Assembly (NCBI GenBank): GCA_965197475.1
Contig: CBDANF010000002.1
Location: forward strand, 384,001 to 448,000
Direction of reading: 5' to 3'
DNA length: 64,000 nucleotides
From: Candidatus Poribacteria bacterium
GTDB lineage: Bacteria; Poribacteria; WGA-4E; WGA-3G
Made by a program: the position numbers and the translations under genes. Below are positions 1 to 9,650 of the stretch, piece by piece. Numbering within the stretch: position 1 is the stretch's first letter; each line of letters begins with the position of its first letter. The notes below the pieces were generated by a model, which had not been told where the DNA came from, searched no databases, and saw nothing but the letters and a program-made list of their open reading frames with translations.

Positions 1-2
1 TC

Positions 3-1391
3 ATGTTTGAGAGCTTGAGCGAACGATTGCAAAGCACCTTCAAAAAGATAAAAGGTCAGGGAAAATTGACAGAGAACAACATCTCTGATTCTCTGCGTGA
101 GGTGCGCCGCGCCTTTTTAGAAGCAGACGTGAACTACAGGGTGACGCGGGATTTCATTGAAAACATCAAAGAACGTGCGCTTGGTCAGGAGGTGATGGGC
201 AGTCTCACACCCGAGCTCCAGATTGCAAAGATTATCAAGGAAGAATTGACTACGTTGATGGGGACAGAATCTGCAAAGATGCAAATTTCCCCCAGCGGCC
301 CAACGGTTGTGATGTTAGCGGGGTTGCAGGGTGCAGGTAAAACGACTGTCGCAGCAAAATTAGCCCTAAAATTTCGCAAAGAAGGCCGCAATCCGATGTT
401 AGTTGCGGCTGATGTTTATCGTCCCGCAGCAATAAAACAGCTGCAGGTGTTGGGGGAGCAGATTGACACCTCCGTGTTTTCACTCGGGACAGATGTCTCG
501 CCTGTTAAAATTGCCAAAGACTCGGTGCAAGATGCCTTGAAACGCGGCTACGATTGTGTGATTATAGATACGGCAGGTCGTTTGCACATTGATGAAACCT
601 TGATGAAAGAACTGCTGGCTATCAAGAACGCAGTTAATCCTTCTGAAATTCTACTTGTTGTTGATGCAATGACAGGTCAGGACGCTGTGAACGTTGCTGA
701 AAACTTCAATAACGATTTGGATATTAGCGGTGTTATCTTGACGAAAATGGATGGGGACGCACGGGGCGGTGCTGCGCTTTCTATCCGTTCTGTCACAGAC
801 AAACCTATCAAATTCATCGGTGTTGGAGAGAAGATTGAAGCGACCGCACTTGAGGAATTTCATCCTGAACGGATGGCATCGCGTATCATCGGGCAAGGCG
901 ATTTCCAAACCTTGATGGAAAAGGCTGAGGCTGTTTTCAATGAAGACCAAGCAAAGGAATTAGAACGGAAACTGACAGAGAGAAAGGGATTAGATTTTAA
1001 CGATTTCCTCACGCAGCTTGAACAAATTAAAAATATGGGACCCCTTGACCAATTGCTGGACCTTGTTCCATTTAAAAACCAATTGTCTGTTAAAGACTTA
1101 AAACCGGATGAAGATAATCTCAAATATGCTAAAGCGATGATACAGTCGATGACACCTGCGGAACGGCAGAACCCGCTTCTACTTGATAGAGGCAGGAAAC
1201 TTCGTATATCCAAAGGAAGCGGCACTTCGGTAAATCAGGTTAATCAATTGGTTTCCCAGCTCCGAATGATGAATAACATGCTAAACCAGCAAGGATCAAC
1301 GGCTATGCCGCAGATGGGACGAAAAATGGATGTCCTCCCTCGCACACAACGAAAGGCAAGAAAACCTCGTAAACGTAAACGACGTAAATAA
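3..1391 (+). CDS. ffh: Signal recognition particle protein Ffh
   Basis: MFESLSERL N-terminus, GLQGAGKTT, DTAGR and TKMDGDARGG GTPase motifs, Met-rich M domain. Confidence 0.98.
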   Translation: MFESLSERLQSTFKKIKGQGKLTENNISDSLREVRRAFLEADVNYRVTRDFIENIKERALGQEVMGSLTPELQIAKIIKEELTTLMGTESAKMQISPSGPTVVMLAGLQGAGKTTVAAKLALKFRKEGRNPMLVAADVYRPAAIKQLQVLGEQIDTSVFSLGTDVSPVKIAKDSVQDALKRGYDCVIIDTAGRLHIDETLMKELLAIKNAVNPSEILLVVDAMTGQDAVNVAENFNNDLDISGVILTKMDGDARGGAALSIRSVTDKPIKFIGVGEKIEATALEEFHPERMASRIIGQGDFQTLMEKAEAVFNEDQAKELERKLTERKGLDFNDFLTQLEQIKNMGPLDQLLDLVPFKNQLSVKDLKPDEDNLKYAKAMIQSMTPAERQNPLLLDRGRKLRISKGSGTSVNQVNQLVSQLRMMNNMLNQQGSTAMPQMGRKMDVLPRTQRKARKPRKRKRRK

Positions 1392-1409
1392 CACAATGAT
1401 GGGCGGCTA

Positions 1410-1615
1410 TCTGTAGGCGCGCTTTGTAAGCACGCTATCGGCAGTATTTTGTAGGTTGGGTAGAACGCAGTAAAACGATAGGTTTCAATTTAGCGGTCCT
1501 TCAGCCCTGGTCGGTTTCCTAACCGAACCGATGCCACAATCAGTTTGTAGGTTGGGTAGAGCGGAGCGAAATCCAACATTTTTAGGTTAGGTAGAACGCA
1601 ATAAACCCACCAAAT
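1410..1615. repeat. Cluster of GTAG-type REP-like palindromes
   Basis: GTAGGCGCGCTTTGTAAGCACGC, plus three GTAGGTTGGGTAGA(A/G)CG-like units at about 1451, 1547 and 1582; related units occur at about 5787, 13046-13140, 15536-15891 and 51770-51796. Confidence 0.75.
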
Positions 1616-1700
1616 GCCTTATGTGCATTCGGCGTAAATTTGAACAATACCACGATTTATGAGTGACCCAAACTAAACGATTTATACCAGGAGGTAATTT

Positions 1701-2093
1701 TTGGCAGTTAGAATTAGATTACAACGACTCGGCAGGAAAAAACGACCCTTTTATAGACTCGTTGCAGCCGATGCACGTGCCCAGCGAGACGGTGTATTTT
1801 TAGAACGTCTCGGTCATTATGATCCCATGGCAGAACCCGCAGATGTCATTATTGACGAAGAAAAAGCTTTGAAATGGTTAAGACGTGGTGCTCAACCTAC
1901 CGATACAGCGAAGAGATTGCTGTCACAAAAAGGCATCTGGAAGAAATTTACTTTCGAAAAACTTGGAAAACCGCTACCTGAAGACGAAGAAATTGAAACA
2001 GAAGAAACGCCCGAAAATGGCGAGACTCCCCCGTCTGAAGGTGAGCAGGAAGTTCTTCTCACTGATGAAGAAGAAACATCTGAAGAAGAATAG
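1701..2093 (+). CDS. rpsP: 30S ribosomal protein S16 with acidic C-terminal tail
   Basis: [19 protein letters not shown] and [11 protein letters not shown]; TTG start after AGGAGG. Confidence 0.97.
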   Translation: MAVRIRLQRLGRKKRPFYRLVAADARAQRDGVFLERLGHYDPMAEPADVIIDEEKALKWLRRGAQPTDTAKRLLSQKGIWKKFTFEKLGKPLPEDEEIETEETPENGETPPSEGEQEVLLTDEEETSEEE

Positions 2094-2153
2094 TCATTCA
2101 AGTCCTGCTGAATTTTTATATCTTTTATTCTCTATAACCACTGAAAGTTAGTT

Positions 2154-2405
2154 ATGTTCAAAGAACTTATTGAATACATTGTAAAAGCTCTGGTTGACTA
2201 TCCTGATGATGTGGTCGTCCGCGAAGTGACTGGCGAAAAGGTGGTTATTATTGAATTAAGTGTCACAGAAGCGGATTTAGGAAAAATTATCGGTAGATAC
2301 GGGCGAACTCTCAAAGCAATTAGAACCCTACTTTATACTGCAGGGTTGAGAGTCAACAAAAAAGTGATTCTTGAACTACTTGAGGAACCAAAAACCGAAG
2401 AATAG
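2154..2405 (+). CDS. khpA: KH-domain RNA-binding protein (KhpA/YlqC)
   Basis: LIEYIVKALVD and DLGKIIGRYGRTLKAIR; canonical position after rpsP. Confidence 0.93.
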   Translation: MFKELIEYIVKALVDYPDDVVVREVTGEKVVIIELSVTEADLGKIIGRYGRTLKAIRTLLYTAGLRVNKKVILELLEEPKTEE

Positions 2406-2426
2406 CGATTACAGGCAAGTGTCAAG

Positions 2427-3164
2427 ATGAAAATGGATGTGCTCGCGCTGTTTCCAGAGATAATTGCACCTGCCTTGCAAACAGGCATTTTAAAACGTAT
2501 TCAGGACGCAGACCGACTCAGCATTAATGTGTATAATCTTCGCGATTGGGCAACAGATAGACATAAAACTGTTGATGACTACCCTTATGGTGGCGGTGCG
2601 GGGATGATTCTCAAGCCAGAGCCGCTCTTCGCAGCAGTTGCAGCATTGAATACAGAATCTGACGCGCAAATTGTCTACTTAACACCGCAAGGCACACCGT
2701 TGACGCAGCCCCTCGTTGAATCGTTGTCTTTGGAATCTCACCTCATTCTGATATGCGGGCGTTACAAAGGGATTGACGAGCGGGTTCGCGAAAAAATAGT
2801 TACGACTGAAGTTTCAATTGGTGATTACGTTCTGAGTGGTGGTGAAATCGCAGTGCTCGTGCTAATTGATGCTATCGGGCGCGTTTTGCCGGGTGCATTA
2901 GGAGATTTTGAATCGGCACATGAGGACTCTTTCAGTCAAGATTTGCTTGACCATCCGCACTACACCCGTCCGGCTGAGTATGAAGGGATGAAAGTGCCTG
3001 AAGTGCTGTTAAGTGGACATCATGAGAACATCAAAAAATGGCGGCATGCAGAAGCACTAAAACGTACAGCGCAACGTCGTCCAGATTTACTTCAAAATTT
3101 TGAACTCACCGATGAAGAATTTGCTCTTTTGCAAACATCAGAAAATAAATCGTCTTGCTGCTGA
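2427..3164 (+). CDS. trmD: tRNA (guanine37-N1)-methyltransferase
   Basis: VDDYPYGGGAGM, ICGRYKGIDERV, SIGDYVLSGGE, HPHYTRP. Confidence 0.98.
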   Translation: MKMDVLALFPEIIAPALQTGILKRIQDADRLSINVYNLRDWATDRHKTVDDYPYGGGAGMILKPEPLFAAVAALNTESDAQIVYLTPQGTPLTQPLVESLSLESHLILICGRYKGIDERVREKIVTTEVSIGDYVLSGGEIAVLVLIDAIGRVLPGALGDFESAHEDSFSQDLLDHPHYTRPAEYEGMKVPEVLLSGHHENIKKWRHAEALKRTAQRRPDLLQNFELTDEEFALLQTSENKSSCC

Positions 3165-3233
3165 TTAGTCGTTTCGACTATGAGGGAAAACTGTCAATGC
3201 CTTCGTACAAGAATTTCTGTAGAGAAAATTAGA

Positions 3234-4769
3234 ATGAACATGCTATCAAACAAAATTATGCCCAATCTTAACGGGGAAGCAACGGTGTCCATCAAAGGTT
3301 TCATCGCACCGATTGAATACACACAATTCAATTTCCATGTAGAGTGGGAAGCATTGGCAAATCTACGCGTTGCTGAACCGGAGAAGCAGTATCCCGCATC
3401 AATTTTTCAAGCATTTCTGCCATCAGAATCCGTTTCGGTAGGAGAATGCTGGCAGATCGAAGAAGATGGTGTACTGGAATTACTGAGGCAACTTCATCGG
3501 AAACCAAGCTTGAATATAAATATCAATAACGGGGATTCTCTTGGTTTGTGGGCATGCCTGCGCGCCTACAACGATGAATTTGTTGACATTGTGTTTCGCA
3601 TTCATGCAGAATTTACCATAGAAGGAGGTAGGTTCACACCTTCCCAGTTTGCCGGGCATCTTGTCATTGACCGAATCAAAGAAAAGATCATATTCTTTGA
3701 TATGCACGTTCCTAAAGGCACGCTGAACTTTGATGTTTATTGGAATACAATGGGATCCGATCTTGGCTATTGTCCTCAAATGGAACTCTGCACAGGTACA
3801 CTGCCTAATGATGTCGAATTCACCATGTCAATTACACAGGAAGAAGCTGAACGGGCACTGATACTTTGTTTTTACAATTCAGTACAAATTAGCTGGATAT
3901 CGCTGGAGGAGGCTTTGGAAATGGCACCGGCACAACAAAAACCGATTCACGTGGTCTTATTAGACGGACCGCTTTTCGACGAATCCTGCTGAGCGAGTGG
4001 CAAAGGCCTGAGGGCAGTTGTCCTCTCTAAAGACCCAATTGTCGAATTCTTGAATGAACATTTCATCAACACATGGGTTTCCAACTCTGAGTTGGGACGT
4101 GTCCGTAGTTTACGGGAACCGATTGCCAAAAAACGCGAGCGAGAAGGCAAACCGTTTGACACAACACACCCTTTGGCACAAGCCATCATGAGGGGATGGA
4201 AGTCCGGATCCCAAAAAGGTTCGCCAGTAGATAGTTACGTTATATCGCCCGAATTTGAACTGATGGGTAAACAACAGTTTGGGGAACTCGAAATTGATAG
4301 TAAGTCTGGGAGACTCCCCGCAGAAGAATATTACCACATATTTCTCAAGGATGCCTTGGAAGGAAAACAGCCTGGATTGGGGAACATTGTTTTAACCCGT
4401 GAGCATCCGGTAGAGGAAGTATTGGACGTTTTTCGGACACCAACTATCGGTTATTTGGATTACACAGTTACCGTGATTGATGTTACGTCTTTTGAAAACG
4501 GTGGAACACTCACCATTGATATTAAAATCGGTAGGGATAGAGGTGACGGTGAGTTTTATCTATTTGACGAGGATGGCGAACTTTCCACTGATGAAGAAGA
4601 ACCGAAGGATGCGCTTGCTGGGACGTGGGGTGAACCCGATGATACATTACAGATCACACATCGTTTTGACCGAGGACAACTTTTTATGTTAGGTGCTTCC
4701 GGATATTGGGACGAAGGGGAAGTATGTGTCAACGCATTTCTGGCAAAAATTTCTGTAGAAGCAAATTAA
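3234..4769 (+). CDS. Selenoprotein N-like protein with in-frame UGA (putative Sec) at 3990-3992; start codon uncertain (3180, 3234, 3240 or 3258)
   Basis: ORFs 3180-3992 and 4050-4769 share a frame with no other stop between them. Read-through gives VLLDGPLFDESC-U-ASGKGLRAVVLSKDPIVEFLNEHFINTW, matching the SelN SCUG region. Upstream motifs FRIHAEF, PSQFAGHL and DLGYCPQMEL are also SelN-like. Confidence 0.85.
4010..4025 (+). promoter_or_regulatory. Candidate bacterial-type SECIS hairpin
   Basis: GAGGGC-AGTT-GTCCTC (6-bp stem including one G-U pair, G in the apical loop), starting 17 nt after the UGA. Confidence 0.5.
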
Positions 4770-4811
4770 AATGAAACATTTCAGTAATTACGAAAGTAAG
4801 GAGGAAAGACA

Positions 4812-5156
4812 ATGAATTTGATAGAATCTGTAGAAAATCAATATATGAAAAGTGAAATTCCTGAGTTTAGTCCTGGAGACATTGTTAGAGTAAACTTCCG
4901 TATCCGAGAAGGTCAGAAGGAACGTATTCAGGCTTATGAAGGCACCGTGATTCGTCGTGCACATGGGGGAACGCGTGCTACTTTTACGGTCCGACGTGTC
5001 GCATTTGGCACAGGAAGTGAAAGGACATTCCCACTTCATTCACCCAATATTGAAAGTATTAAAGTGGTTAGATACGGTGCTGTTCGGCGTGCAAAGTTAT
5101 ACTACTTGAGGGACCGCGTAGGAAAATCTGCACGCGTCAAAGAACGTAGAAGATAA
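4812..5156 (+). CDS. rplS: 50S ribosomal protein L19
   Basis: [39 protein letters not shown]. Confidence 0.98.
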   Translation: MNLIESVENQYMKSEIPEFSPGDIVRVNFRIREGQKERIQAYEGTVIRRAHGGTRATFTVRRVAFGTGSERTFPLHSPNIESIKVVRYGAVRRAKLYYLRDRVGKSARVKERRR

Positions 5157-5160
5157 CAAA

Positions 5161-5754
5161 ATGGACTCTTTTGAGCGCGCTTGTAGACAGAACGGCTACA
5201 AACTAATTGCTGGCATTGACGAAGCAGGCAGAGGTGCTTTGGCAGGTCCAGTTATTGCTGCAGCTGTCATCCTGCCTATCAATTGCAAAATTGAAGGCTT
5301 AAAGGATTCAAAACAACTGACTGCAAGACAACGTTTGTTGTTGCTTGATGAAATCCATGGTGTGGCTATTTCAGTTGGTGTCGGTTCATCAGATAATCGT
5401 CTAATTGAGCGTGTCAATATCTTAGGAGCGACGCTGCTGGCTATGGCGGAAGCAGTAGAACAACTCACACCGAAACCTGGTTATCTACTTGTTGACGGTT
5501 CAAAGATGCCAAAAACGGAGATTCCGGGACAGGCAATTCCCAAAGGCGATACTCTAAGTTTGTCCATCGCTGCAGCCTCGGTTATCGCTAAAACGACGCG
5601 CGACAGACTGATGATTGAATTCGATCAGACGTATCCAAACTACGGATTTCCGCAACACAAAGGGTATCCAACGGCACAGCATCGTCAAGCAATAGCGCAG
5701 TTTGGCGCATCAGCAATTCACAGGAATACCTTCAAATTGCTTTCAGATTCATAG
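5161..5754 (+). CDS. rnhB: Ribonuclease HII
   Basis: IAGIDEAGRGALAGPV, DSKQL, SIAAASVIAK, HKGYPT. Confidence 0.97.
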   Translation: MDSFERACRQNGYKLIAGIDEAGRGALAGPVIAAAVILPINCKIEGLKDSKQLTARQRLLLLDEIHGVAISVGVGSSDNRLIERVNILGATLLAMAEAVEQLTPKPGYLLVDGSKMPKTEIPGQAIPKGDTLSLSIAAASVIAKTTRDRLMIEFDQTYPNYGFPQHKGYPTAQHRQAIAQFGASAIHRNTFKLLSDS

Positions 5755-5873
5755 AAGATTATTCAGCTTGTGATGGATTCAAGCTGGTAGGCGCGCTTTG
5801 TAAGCGCGCTGATCGACGGTACATCTTTAATGGTCAATCTACTATAACTTTTAATGGATTCGAGGAAGTTCAA

Positions 5874-6257
5874 ATGCGCCATTCACTGCAAAACATTGCA
5901 AAACTTGGTGAAACATTCGCAGCTGAACATCTTAAAGCGCGAGGATATCAGATTCTTGCGCAAAATTACCGCTACCAACGCGGTGAAATTGACCTGATCG
6001 CCCAGCAAGAAAAAAGAATTGTATTTGTTGAAGTAAAAACGCGCCGCAGTTTAAAGTTTGGCTTACCGCAATGCGCGGTGACCGAGCAGAAGCAACGGCA
6101 AATCTCTAAAATCGCATTGGCATATCTACAAACACAAAATCTATTGGACGCGCCTTGTCGTTTTGATGTAATCGCAATCCATCTGTCACCACAGTTTGAA
6201 TTACTTCGGCTTGAGCAGATTGAGAGTGCATTCGACTTCCTTCCGGAAACTGATTAG
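5874..6257 (+). CDS. yraN: YraN family (UPF0102) endonuclease
   Basis: GEIDLIA, VFVEVKTR, RFDVIAI; follows rnhB. Confidence 0.93.
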   Translation: MRHSLQNIAKLGETFAAEHLKARGYQILAQNYRYQRGEIDLIAQQEKRIVFVEVKTRRSLKFGLPQCAVTEQKQRQISKIALAYLQTQNLLDAPCRFDVIAIHLSPQFELLRLEQIESAFDFLPETD

Positions 6258-6294
6258 ACTTAGGAAAAGTTGCAGCCCACTAAGGAAATACTTC

Positions 6295-6978
6295 ATGCAA
6301 GCGATTATTCTCTGTGGTGGACTTTCAACCAGATTGGGTAAGACGACAGAAACACTTCCGAAGGTACTTCTCAAAATTGGCACCCAAACCGTTTTAGAGT
6401 GGCAGGTAACGCTGCTGTCTAACGCAGGAGTGAATGAGGTAATTCTCGCTTCAGGGCATTTGCATGACGTGCTATATACACACGTCGGTGAGAAATGTGC
6501 TGGCGCGAATATCCGATATGCAAAAGAGGATAAACCGCTCGGTACAGGTGGAGCAATTCAGAATGCGTTCCGTTTCGTTGACGATTTTCCTGTCTTTGTT
6601 TTACACGGCGACATCTTGCTGAAAAATATATCCTTAGAAGACATGCGTGCTTGTCTGCGTCCTGAAATGGACGGTTTACTACTTGGAATTTCGGTGCCTG
6701 ACCTGACATCTTACGGAGAAATTGTCGCTGATATGCAGGGGCGCATTACCGAGTTCCGTGAAAAGCAACAAGTAGCACGCCCCGGTTGCGCAAACGGTGC
6801 TGTGTTTCTATTCAACCACACCATTGTTAACGCTTTTCCACAAAAGGAAGTCTTTTCTATTGAACGAGATGTCTTTCCTTACCTATCTCAACTCTACGTC
6901 CACAAAGTAGAAACTGATTGGATAGATATTGGTGTGCCGGAACGGCTTGAATATGCCCGGCAGCACTTTGCATCATAA
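6295..6978 (+). CDS. Sugar-phosphate nucleotidyltransferase (HddC/GMPP-like)
   Basis: MQAIILCGGLSTRL, LPKVL, EDKPLGTGGA, FSIERDVFP, WIDIG. Confidence 0.88.
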   Translation: MQAIILCGGLSTRLGKTTETLPKVLLKIGTQTVLEWQVTLLSNAGVNEVILASGHLHDVLYTHVGEKCAGANIRYAKEDKPLGTGGAIQNAFRFVDDFPVFVLHGDILLKNISLEDMRACLRPEMDGLLLGISVPDLTSYGEIVADMQGRITEFREKQQVARPGCANGAVFLFNHTIVNAFPQKEVFSIERDVFPYLSQLYVHKVETDWIDIGVPERLEYARQHFAS

Positions 6979-7053
6979 ACGTATTTTGTTGTTGTGAACA
7001 TAGTTTGAAATTCTTACTGGATGGTTCTGACCATCAAATACAAAATTTGACTT

Positions 7054-7204
7054 GTACCAAATTAACCCGATTCGTCCAGATTTTCATATCGCATCTTCGT
7101 TCTTAAGCTCCGTAGGAGCAATATGTTTATAGCAGCAGCGTATCCTCCAAGTCTTGAGCTCCGTAGGTGCGGTATATGAATAATCAAATTAACATGGGAT
7201 TATA
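7054..7204. repeat. MITE/REP composite containing AGCTCCGTAGG(A/T)GC palindromes
   Basis: Starts TACCAAATTAA like the 89-bp MITE and contains two AGCTCCGTAGG units; related units at about 8170-8250, 15603-15760 and 19997-20023. Confidence 0.6.
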
Positions 7205-7236
7205 TCGATTAATTTCGCATTTTATTGGAGAAACTC

Positions 7237-8063
7237 ATGCCTGTTTTTAGTAAAGAAGACTTAGAATTTTGGGAAGAACACGGCTATGTCGTCGTCCCTG
7301 AAGCTGTGCCACTTGAAAACTGCCACGCTGCAGAACAAGCTGTGTGGGACTTCCTCGAAATGGACGGTGATAATCCAGATAGTTGGTATCCTCCCGATCC
7401 GCCACGACGCGGCATCATGGTAGAAATTTACCAACACCAAGCTTTATAGAATAACCGCCAATACCCACGCGTACATCAAGCTTTCTCAGAAATCTGGGGA
7501 AACGAGAAACTCTGGGTTAGTTTTGATCGCGCCAGTATGAACCCGCCGGAACGCGATGATTGGAAGTTTCCCGGTCCCTACCTGCATTGGGACATGTCGT
7601 TAGATAATATGCCAGTTACGTTAAAGGTGCAAGGTGTCCTATATCTGGCAGATACCCCCGGCAATCAGGGGGCATTTTCTTGTATCCCCGGTTTTCATCG
7701 GAAACTGGAGGCATGGTTAGAAAGCCTACCATCTGATTCTGACCCACGCCGCGTGGTACGCGAATATCAGGAAGAGGCAGTGCCTATAGCTGGAAACGCA
7801 GGAGACCTCGTTATCTGGCACAGCGCGTTGTCGCACGGCAGTAGCCCAAATTCTGCTGAACGTCCTCGGATGGCACAATATATCACGATGAATCCTGCGC
7901 CAAATGATGGCAAAGATACAAACGAACACCGTGTTACAGGGTGGCGAGAACGTCTAACAGGACTCGGAAAAAATCAGAAAGAGAAAGAACATAACCATGG
8001 TAAAACTGCTGAGTTGACACCTTTAGGCAAAAACTTCTCGGTCTTGATCCGTGGGTTGCATAA
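7237..8063 (+). pseudogene. Phytanoyl-CoA dioxygenase (PhyH) family gene with in-frame TAG (7447-7449) and a 3' frameshift (about 8030)
   Basis: FWEEHGYVVV, HQAL*NNRQYPRV (W expected at the stop), LHWD, AGDLVIWHSALSHG; adding one A at GGCAAAAAC restores GKKLLGLDPWVA*. Confidence 0.82.
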
Positions 8064-8301
8064 TCATTTCGGTATCTTATGGACGGGCTGTTGTGTCCAC
8101 CTATTTTTTGTTGTAATGGTTATCTCCGGCTAAAGATAATTGTCTCTGTCAATGTTTAGTTTTCATTGTATGTAGCCCCATCGGGCGAATGTTTATAGAA
8201 CGTGTTCTTTCCAGTTTTATAGCTCCAGCGAGGTGACAGGTGTATAGTTTTTAGTTCATATCCTCTTCTTATCACTACTGCAACAGTGAGGTAGAAATAA
8301 T

Positions 8302-9591
8302 ATGGAAGACCTATTAGCAGCACGCGCTCAGATGGCGATGTCCCTTGCATTTCACATCATCTTTGCTTCCATCGGTATAGCGATGCCGCTACTTATGGTG
8401 ATTGCCGAAGGGATGTGGTTGAAAACGAGGGACGAAACCTATCTCACACTGGCAAAACGATGGTCAAAAGGCACCGCCATCATGTTTGCTGTAGGGGCAG
8501 TTTCAGGGACTGTCTTATCCTTTGAACTCGGTTTATTATGGCCGAGTTTCATGGCTTACGCCGGTCCTATTATCGGGATGCCGTTTTCATTAGAAGGATT
8601 AGCGTTCTTTGTAGAAGCGATCTTTCTGGGCATATATTTATACGGATGGGAACGCGTTCCAAAGACTATCCACTGGTTCGCTGGTGTGATGGTACTACTT
8701 GGCGGCACCTTGTCCGGCATCTTTGTTGTTACTGCCAACGCTTGGATGAACACCCCCGTGGGTTTTTCGATCATTGATGGAAAAGCTATCAACATTGACC
8801 CTATCGCCGCGATGCTAAACCCCTCCTCATTCAGCCAAGCACTTCACATGACTTTAGCCGCCTTCCTCGCAGTGGGGTTTGCAGTTGCTGGTATACACGC
8901 CCATTTTCTAAGACGCGACCCAGATAACGCATTTCATAGAAAAGCATTTGCGATAGCACTAAGTGTAGGTGCTGTAATAGCCCTTCTTCAACCGATTTCA
9001 GGCGACATCAGCGCAAAACGCCTTGCCAAACATCAACCCATCAAACTCGCAGCAATGGAAGGGCAGTGGGAAACAGAACGCGGTGCCCCTTTACGGATAG
9101 GCGGTATTCCAGACGAAAAAGCGGAAGTAACCCGATTCGCCATAGAAATTCCGAAAGCACTGAGTTTCCTTGCACACTTCGACTTCAACGCCGAAATTAA
9201 AGGACTCAAAGAGGTTCCCCCCGAAAATCGTCCACCGGTTGCAGTTGTACATTTTGCTTTTCAGATTATGGTCGCGTGTGGAATGGTGATGATTGTGGCG
9301 GGTATCCTCGGCGGATGCTTGGCATGGAGACGAAAAGGTTTACCTGTCAATAGTTGGTACCTCAAGTTCATCACATTTTGTACACCACTTGGGTTTATTG
9401 CCATAGAAGCTGGATGGACGGTCACAGAAGTTGGACGGCAACCTTGGATTATCTATAACATCATGCGGACAGCAGAGGCAGTAACGCCTATGCCACACCT
9501 CATCGTGCCGTTCATCGGATTTACGCTACTTTATATCTTTCTCTCAATTATTGTTGTTATCTTGTTGCGTCGTCAAATCTTCCAAATTTGA
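8302..9591 (+). CDS. cydA: Cytochrome bd ubiquinol oxidase subunit I
   Basis: ARAQMAMSLAFHIIF, SLEGLAFFVEAIF, QPIKLAAMEG, GWTVTEVGRQPW. Confidence 0.96.
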   Translation: MEDLLAARAQMAMSLAFHIIFASIGIAMPLLMVIAEGMWLKTRDETYLTLAKRWSKGTAIMFAVGAVSGTVLSFELGLLWPSFMAYAGPIIGMPFSLEGLAFFVEAIFLGIYLYGWERVPKTIHWFAGVMVLLGGTLSGIFVVTANAWMNTPVGFSIIDGKAINIDPIAAMLNPSSFSQALHMTLAAFLAVGFAVAGIHAHFLRRDPDNAFHRKAFAIALSVGAVIALLQPISGDISAKRLAKHQPIKLAAMEGQWETERGAPLRIGGIPDEKAEVTRFAIEIPKALSFLAHFDFNAEIKGLKEVPPENRPPVAVVHFAFQIMVACGMVMIVAGILGGCLAWRRKGLPVNSWYLKFITFCTPLGFIAIEAGWTVTEVGRQPWIIYNIMRTAEAVTPMPHLIVPFIGFTLLYIFLSIIVVILLRRQIFQI

Positions 9592-9650
9592 TATATTGAT
9601 ACGCGGTTTTATCTTCTCTTTACATTACCTGAGCGTTAGCGGAGGGAACG

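Noticed and set aside
1410-1615. Repeats between ffh and rpsP (and at 15600-15760) as a CRISPR array
   Set aside because: Units are degenerate palindromes with irregular spacing and mixed orientation, and there are no cas genes; they fit REPs
3153-3182. trmD ends SCC-TGA in frame with the SelN-like ORF, suggesting a second Sec and a TrmD fusion
   Set aside because: TrmD is complete at this length, no clear hairpin follows, and the intervening sequence looks like a paralog relic
3180-4769. Genome-wide UGA reassignment (genetic code 4 or 25) explaining the read-through
   Set aside because: TGA terminates several clearly complete genes here (cydA, moxR, the 49806 transposase), and Trp is encoded by TGG
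7447-7449. In-frame TAG in phyH as pyrrolysine or recoding
   Set aside because: The context HQAL*NNRQ suggests a Trp codon (TGG>TAG); the same gene has a second lesion; TAG is used as a normal stop elsewhere in the window
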